Notes under the pieces: model-generated
Told to the model about the DNA's origin: nothing
What the model saw: the letters and a program-made list of their open reading frames with translations, nothing else
Database searches by the model: none
From: a bacterium
GTDB lineage: Bacteria > Zhuqueibacterota > Zhuqueibacteria > Residuimicrobiales > Krinioviventaceae
DNA length: 64,000 bases
Assembly (NCBI GenBank): GCA_963693055.1
Contig: OY843751.1
Coordinates: 4,832,001 to 4,896,000, forward strand
Direction of reading: 5' to 3'
Shown here: piece after piece, positions 39,666 through 48,048 of the stretch
How the letters are laid out: every line of letters begins with the position of its first letter
Position numbering within the stretch: position 1 is the first letter of the stretch
Made by a program: the position numbers and the translations under genes

Positions 39666-39696
39666 ACAGGCACTTGCAAAAATTACAAGTGCCTGT
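39666..39696 (-). terminator. Terminator after the degP-zinc ribbon transcript
   Basis: ACAGGCACTTG/CAAGTGCCTGT 11-bp stem followed by a T-run on the minus strand. Confidence 0.8.
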
Positions 39697-39718
39697 AAAA
39701 ATTTCATCTTTTATTTTT

Positions 39719-39750
39719 TTGACATACAAAATTATGTCAATTTGGCAGAT
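39719..39750. promoter_or_regulatory. Putative enhancer (UAS) upstream of dnaK
   Basis: TTGACATA-N6-TATGTCAA inverted repeat overlapping TATGTCAATTTGGCAGAT, the exact reverse complement of 43244-43261. Confidence 0.7.
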
Positions 39751-39778
39751 ATTGCGTCAACTCGTCAAATCCCAAATG

Positions 39779-40000
39779 TTACGCCGCTGCCTTGTCAGAT
39801 TTAGATTTCTTTGTTTTTTTATCTTTATAATCTGTAATATAAAATCCGGATCCCTTAAAAATCAATCCGGTACCACCACTGATCAACCGCTCTACCTTTC
39901 CGCCACAGTGGAGACATTCAGCCAGGGGCTTTTCAGAAATACTCTGAAAAGCCTCAAAAGCTTTACCGCATGATTTACATTTATAATCATAAGTTGGCAT
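39779..40000 (-). CDS. FmdB-family zinc ribbon protein
   Basis: MPTYDYKCKSCG..CLHCGG..FKGSGFYITDY. Confidence 0.92.
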   Translation of the reverse strand: MPTYDYKCKSCGKAFEAFQSISEKPLAECLHCGGKVERLISGGTGLIFKGSGFYITDYKDKKTKKSKSDKAAA

Positions 40001-40015
40001 ATAAATCGTGCTCCC

Positions 40016-41530
40016 TTATTCTTTATCTTTTTCAGGAACTCGTAGTGCTTCAAAAAAGCTGGTATCACCGCTCTTCATTCTAAACAACACAATATCTCCA
40101 GGTTCAAGCCCCTTGAGTTGTTTGTTAAAATCACCAACATCTTTAACCGTTACGCGGTTAACAGCCAGTATCAAAAATCCGGGACGAACACCTTTTTTAG
40201 AGGCTTCAGAACCAGATTCAACATCTACAACCAATACACCCTGATCATCATCTGTAAGGCGATATCTGTTACGTAATTCCGGGGTAAGGTTCTGAACTTC
40301 AATTCCCAAATGAGTTTCAATCTCTTCATTTGCTTTTTGGCTGCCGCTGCCGCCACTTGCAAGTTTGTCAAGATCGCGCTCACCCAATGTTACGGTGATA
40401 TCTTTCATTTTATTGTCACGCCACACTTTTAATTTCACTTTTTCATCCGGCATTTTCGAACCAATAATCATTGTCAAATGATCACTGCTGGTAATATCTT
40501 TATCGTCCACTTTGAGGATAATATCACCATCTTTAAGACCGGCTTTTTCAGCGGGACTGCCATCAACTACATCAGACACCAAAGCACCGTCAGTAGATTC
40601 AAGACCAAAGCCCATAGCAAGATCTTCATCAACATTTGCGATCAAAACACCCAGCCAACCGCGAACAACTTTGCCTTCGTTGATCAATTGTTCCATTACA
40701 TTTCTGGCCAGATTTATGGGGATAGCGAAACCAATACCAATATTAGCCTGACCTACAATAGCAGTATTGATACCCACCAGCTCACCACGCAGGTTCACCA
40801 AGGGACCTCCACTGTTACCAGGATTAATTGCGGCATCAGTTTGAATAAAATCTTCATATGTAATTCCTGATCCACGCATCAGGCTTTTACGACCTTTGGC
40901 GCTTACAATACCGGCGGTTACGGTTTTATTCAAATCAGATGAAAACGGGTTACCTATAGCCATTACCCATTCTCCAACTTCAAGACTTTCAGAGTCACCC
41001 AATTTGACAGGCACCAAACCTTCCTTGTCAATCTTGACAACTGCCAGATCGCTCTCAGGATCACGCCCAACAATCTCTGCGTCATATTCTTTACCGTCAA
41101 CAGTAACAGAAATCTCATCAGCATCTGCTACCACATGATTGTTGGTCAGAATGTAACCGTCAGCATTAACAACCACTCCGGAACCAAGACCACGTCTTAC
41201 CTGGTCCTGCTGTTCCGGCATCCGGAAAAAGTAACGGAAAAATTCGTCATCGCCAAACGGGTTTTGACGAGCTTTAACAACTACTTCGCTGTTGATTGTA
41301 ACAACAGAAGGGCTCACTTCTTTGGATACAGCAACAAAAGCCTTGCTGAGATTTTCAAGCCCGGCCAATTCTTGTGAAACCGGTTGGGTTGATCCCAACA
41401 CCACTGGCTCAGCAGTATAAGCTGCTATACTTTTATTTGAAATATCCAAGTTGGATGAAATAACCAAACCGGTCACAATACCCACAAACACAGCTAAAAT
41501 AACCAAAAGTGACACTTTACCAGATTTCAT
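40016..41530 (-). CDS. degP: DegP/HtrA serine protease with two PDZ domains
   Basis: TNNHVV, DLAVVK, QTDAAINPGNSGGPL. Confidence 0.95.
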   Translation of the reverse strand: MKSGKVSLLVILAVFVGIVTGLVISSNLDISNKSIAAYTAEPVVLGSTQPVSQELAGLENLSKAFVAVSKEVSPSVVTINSEVVVKARQNPFGDDEFFRYFFRMPEQQDQVRRGLGSGVVVNADGYILTNNHVVADADEISVTVDGKEYDAEIVGRDPESDLAVVKIDKEGLVPVKLGDSESLEVGEWVMAIGNPFSSDLNKTVTAGIVSAKGRKSLMRGSGITYEDFIQTDAAINPGNSGGPLVNLRGELVGINTAIVGQANIGIGFAIPINLARNVMEQLINEGKVVRGWLGVLIANVDEDLAMGFGLESTDGALVSDVVDGSPAEKAGLKDGDIILKVDDKDITSSDHLTMIIGSKMPDEKVKLKVWRDNKMKDITVTLGERDLDKLASGGSGSQKANEEIETHLGIEVQNLTPELRNRYRLTDDDQGVLVVDVESGSEASKKGVRPGFLILAVNRVTVKDVGDFNKQLKGLEPGDIVLFRMKSGDTSFFEALRVPEKDKE

Positions 41531-41572
41531 AATAACTTCCTTTCATTTGTTCTCCAGTATCTTTTGTTATTT

Positions 41573-41600
41573 TTAAACATCACGTTTATTCACATGTTCC
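41573..41600 (-). promoter_or_regulatory. Putative ECF sigma promoter of degP
   Basis: Minus strand GGAAC-N17-GTTTAA. Confidence 0.6.
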
Positions 41601-41624
41601 AAAATTAAATTACATTAACACATT

Positions 41625-42551
41625 TCAATAAGGCAAACCTTCTTCTTTGGCAAATTGTTCCAATAATTGTTTTCCCTTTTTACCCAAAGACCCAGGAGCC
41701 TCTATAACCAACTCTACAATATGGTCACCACTCTTGCCATTGGCTTTAACACCCATACCTGTTAGTTTCAATTTCTTTCCACTCTTTGATCCGGCTGGTA
41801 TCTTGAGTTCTACGGTGTTGCCTTCAAAAGTAGTAACCCGCACTTTGGAACCCAGCGCAGCCTGTACAATATTTATCACTGCGTTACTATACAAATCAAG
41901 CCCGGATCTTTTAAACACAGGATGCTCAGCAACATGCAGCGTTATAAAAAGATTACCAGCAGGGCCACCATTCGGAGACGACTCGCCCTGACCAGTAAGG
42001 CGCATGGTTTTTCCTTCATCCGTACCAGACGGAATATTTATAGACAATTTCTGACTCTTGCCACCACGGTTCAAAGATACGACATGTTTACCGCCACGGA
42101 CCGCAAGGTCAAACGGAATAGTAACTTCCGCTTTAATATCTTGTCCCGGTGTAGTATGTCTGCGCGAACTTCCACGCGAAGACGCACTGCCACCAAACAA
42201 ATCGCTAAACAAATCACCAAAATCAGAACCGGCACTCCGTCGACTACTTTTACCGCCACCAAATATGGAGCTCAAATCATCGAAATTCATCCCGGAGAAT
42301 CCGCCATAACCGCCTTGTCCGCCAAAGCCGCCAGCACCAAACTTTCGCATTTGATCGTATTTTTGGCGTTTTTCCTTATTTCCCAGAACAGTATAAGCCT
42401 CAGAGATCTCTTTAAACTTTTCCTCATTCCGCTTATCATTCGGATGTTTATCGGGATGGTGTTTTTTGGCAAGATCTCTGTACGCTTTTTTGATATCACT
42501 ATCAGAGGCGCTTTCAGACACACCCAGTATTTTATAAAAATCCTTATTCAT
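41625..42551 (-). CDS. dnaJ: Class B J-domain co-chaperone (DnaJ/CbpA-like, no zinc finger)
   Basis: HPD motif, G/F region, C-terminal domains; no CxxCxGxG repeats. Confidence 0.9.
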   Translation of the reverse strand: MNKDFYKILGVSESASDSDIKKAYRDLAKKHHPDKHPNDKRNEEKFKEISEAYTVLGNKEKRQKYDQMRKFGAGGFGGQGGYGGFSGMNFDDLSSIFGGGKSSRRSAGSDFGDLFSDLFGGSASSRGSSRRHTTPGQDIKAEVTIPFDLAVRGGKHVVSLNRGGKSQKLSINIPSGTDEGKTMRLTGQGESSPNGGPAGNLFITLHVAEHPVFKRSGLDLYSNAVINIVQAALGSKVRVTTFEGNTVELKIPAGSKSGKKLKLTGMGVKANGKSGDHIVELVIEAPGSLGKKGKQLLEQFAKEEGLPY

Positions 42552-43098
42552 TTACCTGTTCGCTCTCTTTACCTTCTGCAACCATTACACGGGCCGGTCT
42601 AATTAATCTGCCTTTTAACTGATAACCACGCTGCCACACCTGAAGAATTTCACCCGGCTTTGCTTCATCGGTTTTTTCCAGACGTACAGCCTCGTGCATC
42701 TCGGGATCAAAAAGTACATTTTCAGTCGCTACTGTCTCAAGACCCAATTTCTCAAGAATTGAAAACATTTTATCATATATCATTTTTACACCCTGTACCG
42801 GCAAATGCTCTTTATCATCCGTGTTGTGTAAAAACAGATAGTCAAAATCATCCATGACCGGTAATAACTCGCTTATAACATTACGCACAGAATTATCTGC
42901 CCAGTCACTCTGCATTTTTTCCATACGACGCTTGTAATTTATAAACTCTGCCTGCAATCTTTGCAACTGCTCGAGATAATTGGTGTTTTCATCACTCCCC
43001 GAGGGCGAGGGTTCCTGTTCTTTAACTTCTTCACTCATCGGGGCATCCATTTCATTTTCTTCATTAACCTTTTTTTCTTCAGTATTATTGCCGCTCAT
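42544..43098 (-). CDS. grpE: Nucleotide exchange factor GrpE
   Basis: RLQAEFINYKRR, FDPEMHEAV, GYQLKGRLIRPARVMV. Confidence 0.96.
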   Translation of the reverse strand: MSGNNTEEKKVNEENEMDAPMSEEVKEQEPSPSGSDENTNYLEQLQRLQAEFINYKRRMEKMQSDWADNSVRNVISELLPVMDDFDYLFLHNTDDKEHLPVQGVKMIYDKMFSILEKLGLETVATENVLFDPEMHEAVRLEKTDEAKPGEILQVWQRGYQLKGRLIRPARVMVAEGKESEQVNE

Positions 43099-43142
43099 TT
43101 TTCTCCCTTACAAATCGTTATATATTTCATTACAGAACTATA

Positions 43143-43158
43143 TGCAAGCCTTGTGCCA
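43143..43158 (-). promoter_or_regulatory. Sigma-54 promoter of grpE-dnaJ
   Basis: TGGCACA-AGGC-TTGCA. Confidence 0.8.
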
Positions 43159-43243
43159 CTTTAAACAATAACTATAAAATATTGTTTTTAAATAAATTAC
43201 AGCTGTACGCACAAATGATTAAATCAAGAAATCGTGTCAGAAC

Positions 43244-43261
43244 ATCTGCCAAATTGACATA
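43244..43261. promoter_or_regulatory. Putative enhancer (UAS) upstream of grpE
   Basis: ATCTGCCAAATTGACATA, reverse complement of 39733-39750. Confidence 0.7.
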
Positions 43262-43268
43262 TTCTCAT

Positions 43269-43298
43269 AAAAAAAGGAGAGACAAAATCTCTCCTTTT
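43269..43298 (-). terminator. Terminator after the zinc peptidase gene
   Basis: GGAGAGA/TCTCTCC stem flanked by A- and T-runs. Confidence 0.8.
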
Positions 43299-43324
43299 AA
43301 AAAACTGGATATTTTAAAACAAAC

Positions 43325-44002
43325 TCAATCATCGCCACGTAAAAGGATCAATCGCAAGAGCTGCAAGATAGCCATGGCAGCAGCGGCTACATATGTTAAA
43401 GCTGCAGCATCCAACACTTTTTTAGCTCCCTTTACTTCATCCTGGCGTAGATAACCACCATTACTCAACTGGGCCATTGCCCTGCTGCTGGCATTAAACT
43501 CTACCGGAAGCGTAACCAGATGGAAAAGAACCGCACCGGCAAATACAATAATTCCCAGGTCTATCAGGGGTTTCATACTGAACAGAAAACCAATAAAAAA
43601 CAAAGGAATACCCAAGGTTGATCCCAGATTTGCTACCGGGAATATCGTCTGCCGCCAGCTTAGAGGCGCATAAGACAAACTGTCTTGAATGGCATGACCG
43701 GTTTCATGCGCGGCTACACCTAACGCAGCAAGCGAAGATGAATGATATACATCACTTGACAGACGCAGTTTTTTACTACGAGAGTCATAATGGTCTGTTA
43801 AAGACCCTGGCGTTTCTTCTACTGTAACATCATAAATATTATTTCTCTGTAATAAACTTTGCGCAACTTGCGCACCCGTCATACCCGATGCCGCTTTACG
43901 CTTGCTCATCTCATTAAAAGCACTCTTGACTTTAAATTGTGCATAAATTGTCAACGCAAGCGCCGGCAATATCAATATCATTGTAGAATCAAATAAAAAC
44001 AT
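43325..44002 (-). CDS. YugP-family membrane zinc metallopeptidase
   Basis: LTDHYD, AAHETGHAIQ, TLPVEFNASSRA, AAALTYVA. Confidence 0.92.
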   Translation of the reverse strand: MFLFDSTMILILPALALTIYAQFKVKSAFNEMSKRKAASGMTGAQVAQSLLQRNNIYDVTVEETPGSLTDHYDSRSKKLRLSSDVYHSSSLAALGVAAHETGHAIQDSLSYAPLSWRQTIFPVANLGSTLGIPLFFIGFLFSMKPLIDLGIIVFAGAVLFHLVTLPVEFNASSRAMAQLSNGGYLRQDEVKGAKKVLDAAALTYVAAAAMAILQLLRLILLRGDD

Positions 44003-44026
44003 ATTTCCTCCATATCGTTTTCATAT

Positions 44027-44055
44027 TTGATGCACATACTATACAACAAGTTTCA
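44027..44055 (-). promoter_or_regulatory. Putative ECF-type promoter of the zinc peptidase gene
   Basis: Minus strand TGAAAC-N17-CATCAA. Confidence 0.45.
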
Positions 44056-44250
44056 TTTGACAGAAAAAATTTTACTTTTCCTGCCGGGAATCACTAACAT
44101 CAAACCATATACAATTAAAAGAATGCCGGGAATCACTGGCAATACCAGGCCCAGAATTCCTATCAACAACAGAGGAATTGCATACAAGGATTTAGATCTG
44201 CGAAAATCACGAATCTCTTCTTTCAACTTTTTCTTTGCTCTAATTTTCAA
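44053..44250 (-). CDS. Small membrane protein (PGPGW/DUF454-like hairpin)
   Basis: IGILGLVLPVIPGILL; 4-nt overlap with the upstream gene. Confidence 0.65.
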   Translation of the reverse strand: MKIRAKKKLKEEIRDFRRSKSLYAIPLLLIGILGLVLPVIPGILLIVYGLMLVIPGRKSKIFSVK

Positions 44251-44894
44251 ATAAATTCCTTAATAACCTTATCCAATTCCTTTTCGTAACCTGACAACCG
44301 TTTTTGTCTGTATTCCATTTCCTCGTTTTTGGTTTTTAGCGATATTAAACGCTCCTGCTGCAAAATGGTTTCACTTATACCGGCACCGGGACTAAAATAT
44401 CTCTGATAAAGCAGCATACCTGACAGGACCACAATACCCAGAATTAATACTGAATAAAAGAAAACAGAACGGTCAAATTGCGCCCAGATAAACATGCCCG
44501 CTATATATAAAAGGGTACACAAAATCTGAAAAACCAACAAAGACCGTTTTCGGATTTTGTATACCCTCACATCCTTTTGAATCTGACGGATATGTTCTTT
44601 TAGATCTGAAATATTTTCAAGTTCATTTTTTATTCGATTTTCAAGCGACGTGAGCGATACATCTTTGCGCATATTGATAATATCGCGCATGATTTGCGCT
44701 TTTTCAGACTTGGGGTTTTTATCAATAGCGATTCGATTAAAATACAAAGCCTGTTCAAGATCACCATCTTTGAGCTTGTTTACGGAAAGATTGTGGTAGA
44801 CGTAATCTGGCAGCCACTTTTTGTTCTCTGCAAACTTATAACCCAATCTGAACAAACCAATGGTAACAAAGGATGGAATTACAGGAAAAGGCAT
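44247..44894 (-). CDS. Hypothetical membrane protein (TPR-like helix, coiled coil, two TM, coiled coil)
   Basis: GGAG RBS, operon packing, composition. Confidence 0.65.
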   Translation of the reverse strand: MPFPVIPSFVTIGLFRLGYKFAENKKWLPDYVYHNLSVNKLKDGDLEQALYFNRIAIDKNPKSEKAQIMRDIINMRKDVSLTSLENRIKNELENISDLKEHIRQIQKDVRVYKIRKRSLLVFQILCTLLYIAGMFIWAQFDRSVFFYSVLILGIVVLSGMLLYQRYFSPGAGISETILQQERLISLKTKNEEMEYRQKRLSGYEKELDKVIKEFI

Positions 44895-44907
44895 CTTTTA
44901 CGCTCCC

Positions 44908-45216
44908 TTATTTCAGGGCCAACGCTCTTTCTAAATATTCAACAGCTTTAGGATATTTTTCACGTACCTGCTCCCACTCCTGCTCTGACAGGTCTTTGGG
45001 TTCTTTGCCGGTCACTGTTTTGGCGCCGTCATATGCCAATTGGATCAAATCTTTATTGGCATTCATAACACCCAGGGTTGCTCCGGCAGCTTCAAGTACG
45101 CCATCTATAAAATCAACACCCATCGCGGATTCTAAGCCGCGTTCTACGATAAAGCCTGCAATGCCACCAACAGCACCGTGCGTTACACTCTTTTTTATGC
45201 GTTCAATTTTACTCAT
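44908..45216 (-). CDS. Hypothetical protein with glycine-zipper-like helices
   Basis: GAVGGIAG, AAGATLG; overlaps the upstream stop. Confidence 0.7.
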   Translation of the reverse strand: MSKIERIKKSVTHGAVGGIAGFIVERGLESAMGVDFIDGVLEAAGATLGVMNANKDLIQLAYDGAKTVTGKEPKDLSEQEWEQVREKYPKAVEYLERALALK

Positions 45217-45427
45217 TGTTCTTTTTTTCCTCCGTTTCTATAGTTTTCAGGGATTTTTTAATCAAATCATCCTTTTTCTGGATGATACCCTGTAAACGCC
45301 GAACTTCCCTCTCCAGTTCCCTCAAACGTTTGTTGCCAAAAATCATTCCATAGATCTTTTCAACAATTATTAAAACTGCAATAGCGATTACAATTCCAAA
45401 TACAAAACTAAGAACATCCAGCTGCAT
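45209..45427 (-). CDS. Small single-TM coiled-coil protein
   Basis: N-terminal TM then RLRELEREVRRLQ; abuts the upstream stop. Confidence 0.7.
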   Translation of the reverse strand: MQLDVLSFVFGIVIAIAVLIIVEKIYGMIFGNKRLRELEREVRRLQGIIQKKDDLIKKSLKTIETEEKKNNE

Positions 45428-46318
45428 TTAAACTCTCTCTATTGTTTGTTCAGGTTCCAACGCCAGCTTTTTAACCATGATCAGGCGATTTTCTCCTTCA
45501 GGCATGATTTTATAACTAACTTCATCCATAGAACGTTTAATAATGGGTAAACCCATTCCACCACGTTTACGATTATCGACAGCTTCTTCGGCATCAAATA
45601 TCACCAAATCATCTACATTAAAGCCGTCTCCCTTATCATACACCGTAATACGTAAAATATTCGGATAGGTTTCTACTCCTACCTTGACCGATTTAGTAGG
45701 ATCAGAATGATAGGCATGTTCTATCACATTAATACACGCCTCATAAACTGATATTTTAATCTTACTTACATCAGCATCACCAAAGCCCATATTTCTCGAT
45801 ATATTTACAACAAAATCACATGCTTTATATAATGAATCTACCTTGCTGGGAATCTCAATAAAAACCTGACTTACAGCCTGTCCCTGATGTATGGATTCCA
45901 TCATTCGGTTATCTATTTCTATCTCTTCATCAAAATCCACATTTTTAGCGGACAAGATTCGCTCTTCAAAGCGATTAAGTACCGTATTTTCAAACACTTC
46001 ATCAGAGAGATAACTGAATGGTTCAAATATTTCAAAATCCCGTCGAGCATTATCTGAAATATTTAACAAATTAACATCTCCGCCCATACGCCTGGCTTTG
46101 GCTGTTATTTCAAAAATAGCAACAATCAGACTGGGTGGCAATTCATCCAGATTGGCTAAATCAAACAAAAAGAATTTCTTGTTTTCACGCAGACAGCTGT
46201 CAAATGCTGTTAATATCTCCGGCACCAAAGAAATATCTTTGGCATTTACCAGAGGTTTTAACTTTATAATTTCTTCATAAGCACTGACTTTGCTAATTTC
46301 TACCAGTTCTTTTTCCAT
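45428..46318 (-). CDS. STAS domain fused to an RsbW-like anti-sigma kinase domain
   Basis: FDLANLDEL..RMGGDVNL STAS; EACINVIEHAY, DKGDGF, GGMGLPIIKRSMDEV GHKL boxes; TGATG overlap with fadD. Confidence 0.82.
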   Translation of the reverse strand: MEKELVEISKVSAYEEIIKLKPLVNAKDISLVPEILTAFDSCLRENKKFFLFDLANLDELPPSLIVAIFEITAKARRMGGDVNLLNISDNARRDFEIFEPFSYLSDEVFENTVLNRFEERILSAKNVDFDEEIEIDNRMMESIHQGQAVSQVFIEIPSKVDSLYKACDFVVNISRNMGFGDADVSKIKISVYEACINVIEHAYHSDPTKSVKVGVETYPNILRITVYDKGDGFNVDDLVIFDAEEAVDNRKRGGMGLPIIKRSMDEVSYKIMPEGENRLIMVKKLALEPEQTIERV

Positions 46319-47973
46319 CAAAAACTGTTTTCCTTTAATTGTCTTTTCATCACTTTACCCAGAAAATTACGTGGGAACCTTTCAACAAATTCAAACGATC
46401 GCGGTACTTTGGATTTTGCCAGTCGTTCTCTGCAGTATGTTTCCAGCTCCAGCTTGTCAGGCATTTCTGCGTCTTTTAAAATCAAAAACGCTTTTACTAC
46501 CTGACCATAATAATCGTCTTCAACACCCACAACAGCGGCTTCTTTAACCTGTGGATGGTCATTTAGAACCATCTCAATTTCTGCAGGATAAATACTTTCT
46601 CCACCATAAAATATAATATCTTTTTTGCGGTCTGCAATACAAAAAAATCCATCCGGATCAATACTTGCCAAATCTCCGGTTTTTAACCAACCCTCATCCA
46701 TCTTTACATGGCTTGTCTCCTCAGGACTTTGCCAATATTCCAACATAACCTGGGGACCTTTAACTTCAAGCTCTCCAATTTCACCAACAGGCAAAACTTT
46801 GCCACTTTCCACATCAACAATACGAGCATCTGTATTGGGCCAGGGTATACCAATACTTTTCTCTTTACGCTTCCCATATACAGGATTGCAGTGCGTAATA
46901 GGAGAAGCCTCGGTTAAACCATAACCTTCAATCAACTTGGCGCCGGTCAAATCTTCAAACTCTTGCTGAATCTTTAGTGGCAATGGTGCACCACCACTAA
47001 TACATACCCGCACAGGTAATGATTTTAGATCTCTTCGCTTCAATTCATCTATCATTGCTGAATACATTGTTGGCACTCCGGGAAAAATACCAACCTTGTA
47101 TTTAATTATATCATCCAGAATCCGTTTTACATTATAGCGCGGATATAACAATAAAACAGATTGTGTTTGTATTGCTAAATGATGACAAGCAGTCATACCG
47201 TAACTATGTATCAGGGGCAAAGCGCCTACTATTACTTCCTTACTCACTTGAAAATCAGTAATCCAATAACGCGCCTGCAAAGCGTTGGCCACCAGATTTT
47301 GGTGTGTTAATACAGCCGCCTTGGGTGTGCCGGTTACACCTCCGGTAAAGATCAAAACAGCAGGATCTTTGGGCGATATTGTTTCAAACTCTAGTTCTTT
47401 GTACTCATTCAACAATTCACGGAACAGTAAAACGGGTAGTTTCTTACAAGTCTCTTTTTGCTCGCTCACAAATTGTTTTTTGATTTGAAACGCTACATTC
47501 ATAAAAAACGGCATATAAGACTCTAAACCGGCTGCAATAATATGTTTTAACCGACTTTTACTAAATATTTCATCAACCTTGTTCAACTGCCTGTCTAGTA
47601 CTATAGCAATATCCGCACCACTTGTTTGCACCTGATGTAAAAGTTCACGTGGTGTCAATAACGGATTAACCAGGACACATATTGCACCCAATTTCAATAC
47701 AGCCCAATACGCTATTACAAATTGTGGAATATTGGGTAAAGCTAATACAATACGGTCACCTTTTTTGACTCCTACAGACAATAAACCCAATGCAAACCTA
47801 TCTACCAGATTTTGTAAATGCAAATAGCTGATATGCTTGCCAAAATATGCAAGCGCAGTTTGCTCAGGTGCCAGCCGTGCAGCATCATCCAGAAAACGAT
47901 TCAATGTAATATCCGGAATATCCAAGGTCTTGGGAACACCGGACTCGTAATTTTTAAACCAGCATTTATCCAT
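46318..47973 (-). CDS. fadD: Long-chain fatty acid-CoA ligase
   Basis: FTGGVTGTPK, EGYGLTEASP, WLKTGD, DRKKD. Confidence 0.92.
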   Translation of the reverse strand: MDKCWFKNYESGVPKTLDIPDITLNRFLDDAARLAPEQTALAYFGKHISYLHLQNLVDRFALGLLSVGVKKGDRIVLALPNIPQFVIAYWAVLKLGAICVLVNPLLTPRELLHQVQTSGADIAIVLDRQLNKVDEIFSKSRLKHIIAAGLESYMPFFMNVAFQIKKQFVSEQKETCKKLPVLLFRELLNEYKELEFETISPKDPAVLIFTGGVTGTPKAAVLTHQNLVANALQARYWITDFQVSKEVIVGALPLIHSYGMTACHHLAIQTQSVLLLYPRYNVKRILDDIIKYKVGIFPGVPTMYSAMIDELKRRDLKSLPVRVCISGGAPLPLKIQQEFEDLTGAKLIEGYGLTEASPITHCNPVYGKRKEKSIGIPWPNTDARIVDVESGKVLPVGEIGELEVKGPQVMLEYWQSPEETSHVKMDEGWLKTGDLASIDPDGFFCIADRKKDIIFYGGESIYPAEIEMVLNDHPQVKEAAVVGVEDDYYGQVVKAFLILKDAEMPDKLELETYCRERLAKSKVPRSFEFVERFPRNFLGKVMKRQLKENSF

Positions 47974-48048
47974 GAAATTAGCAAATAATATGAAACAGAT
48001 TCATTTTACAATTTTTCAAATATAAAATATTTTTTTGATAAAAACAAA

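Noticed and set aside
39560-39780. CIRCE or CtsR operator upstream of dnaK or grpE
   Set aside because: Neither TTAGCACTC-N9-GAGTGCTAA nor a tandem GTCAAAnAnGTCAAA repeat was found by eye; the half-sites present are inverted.
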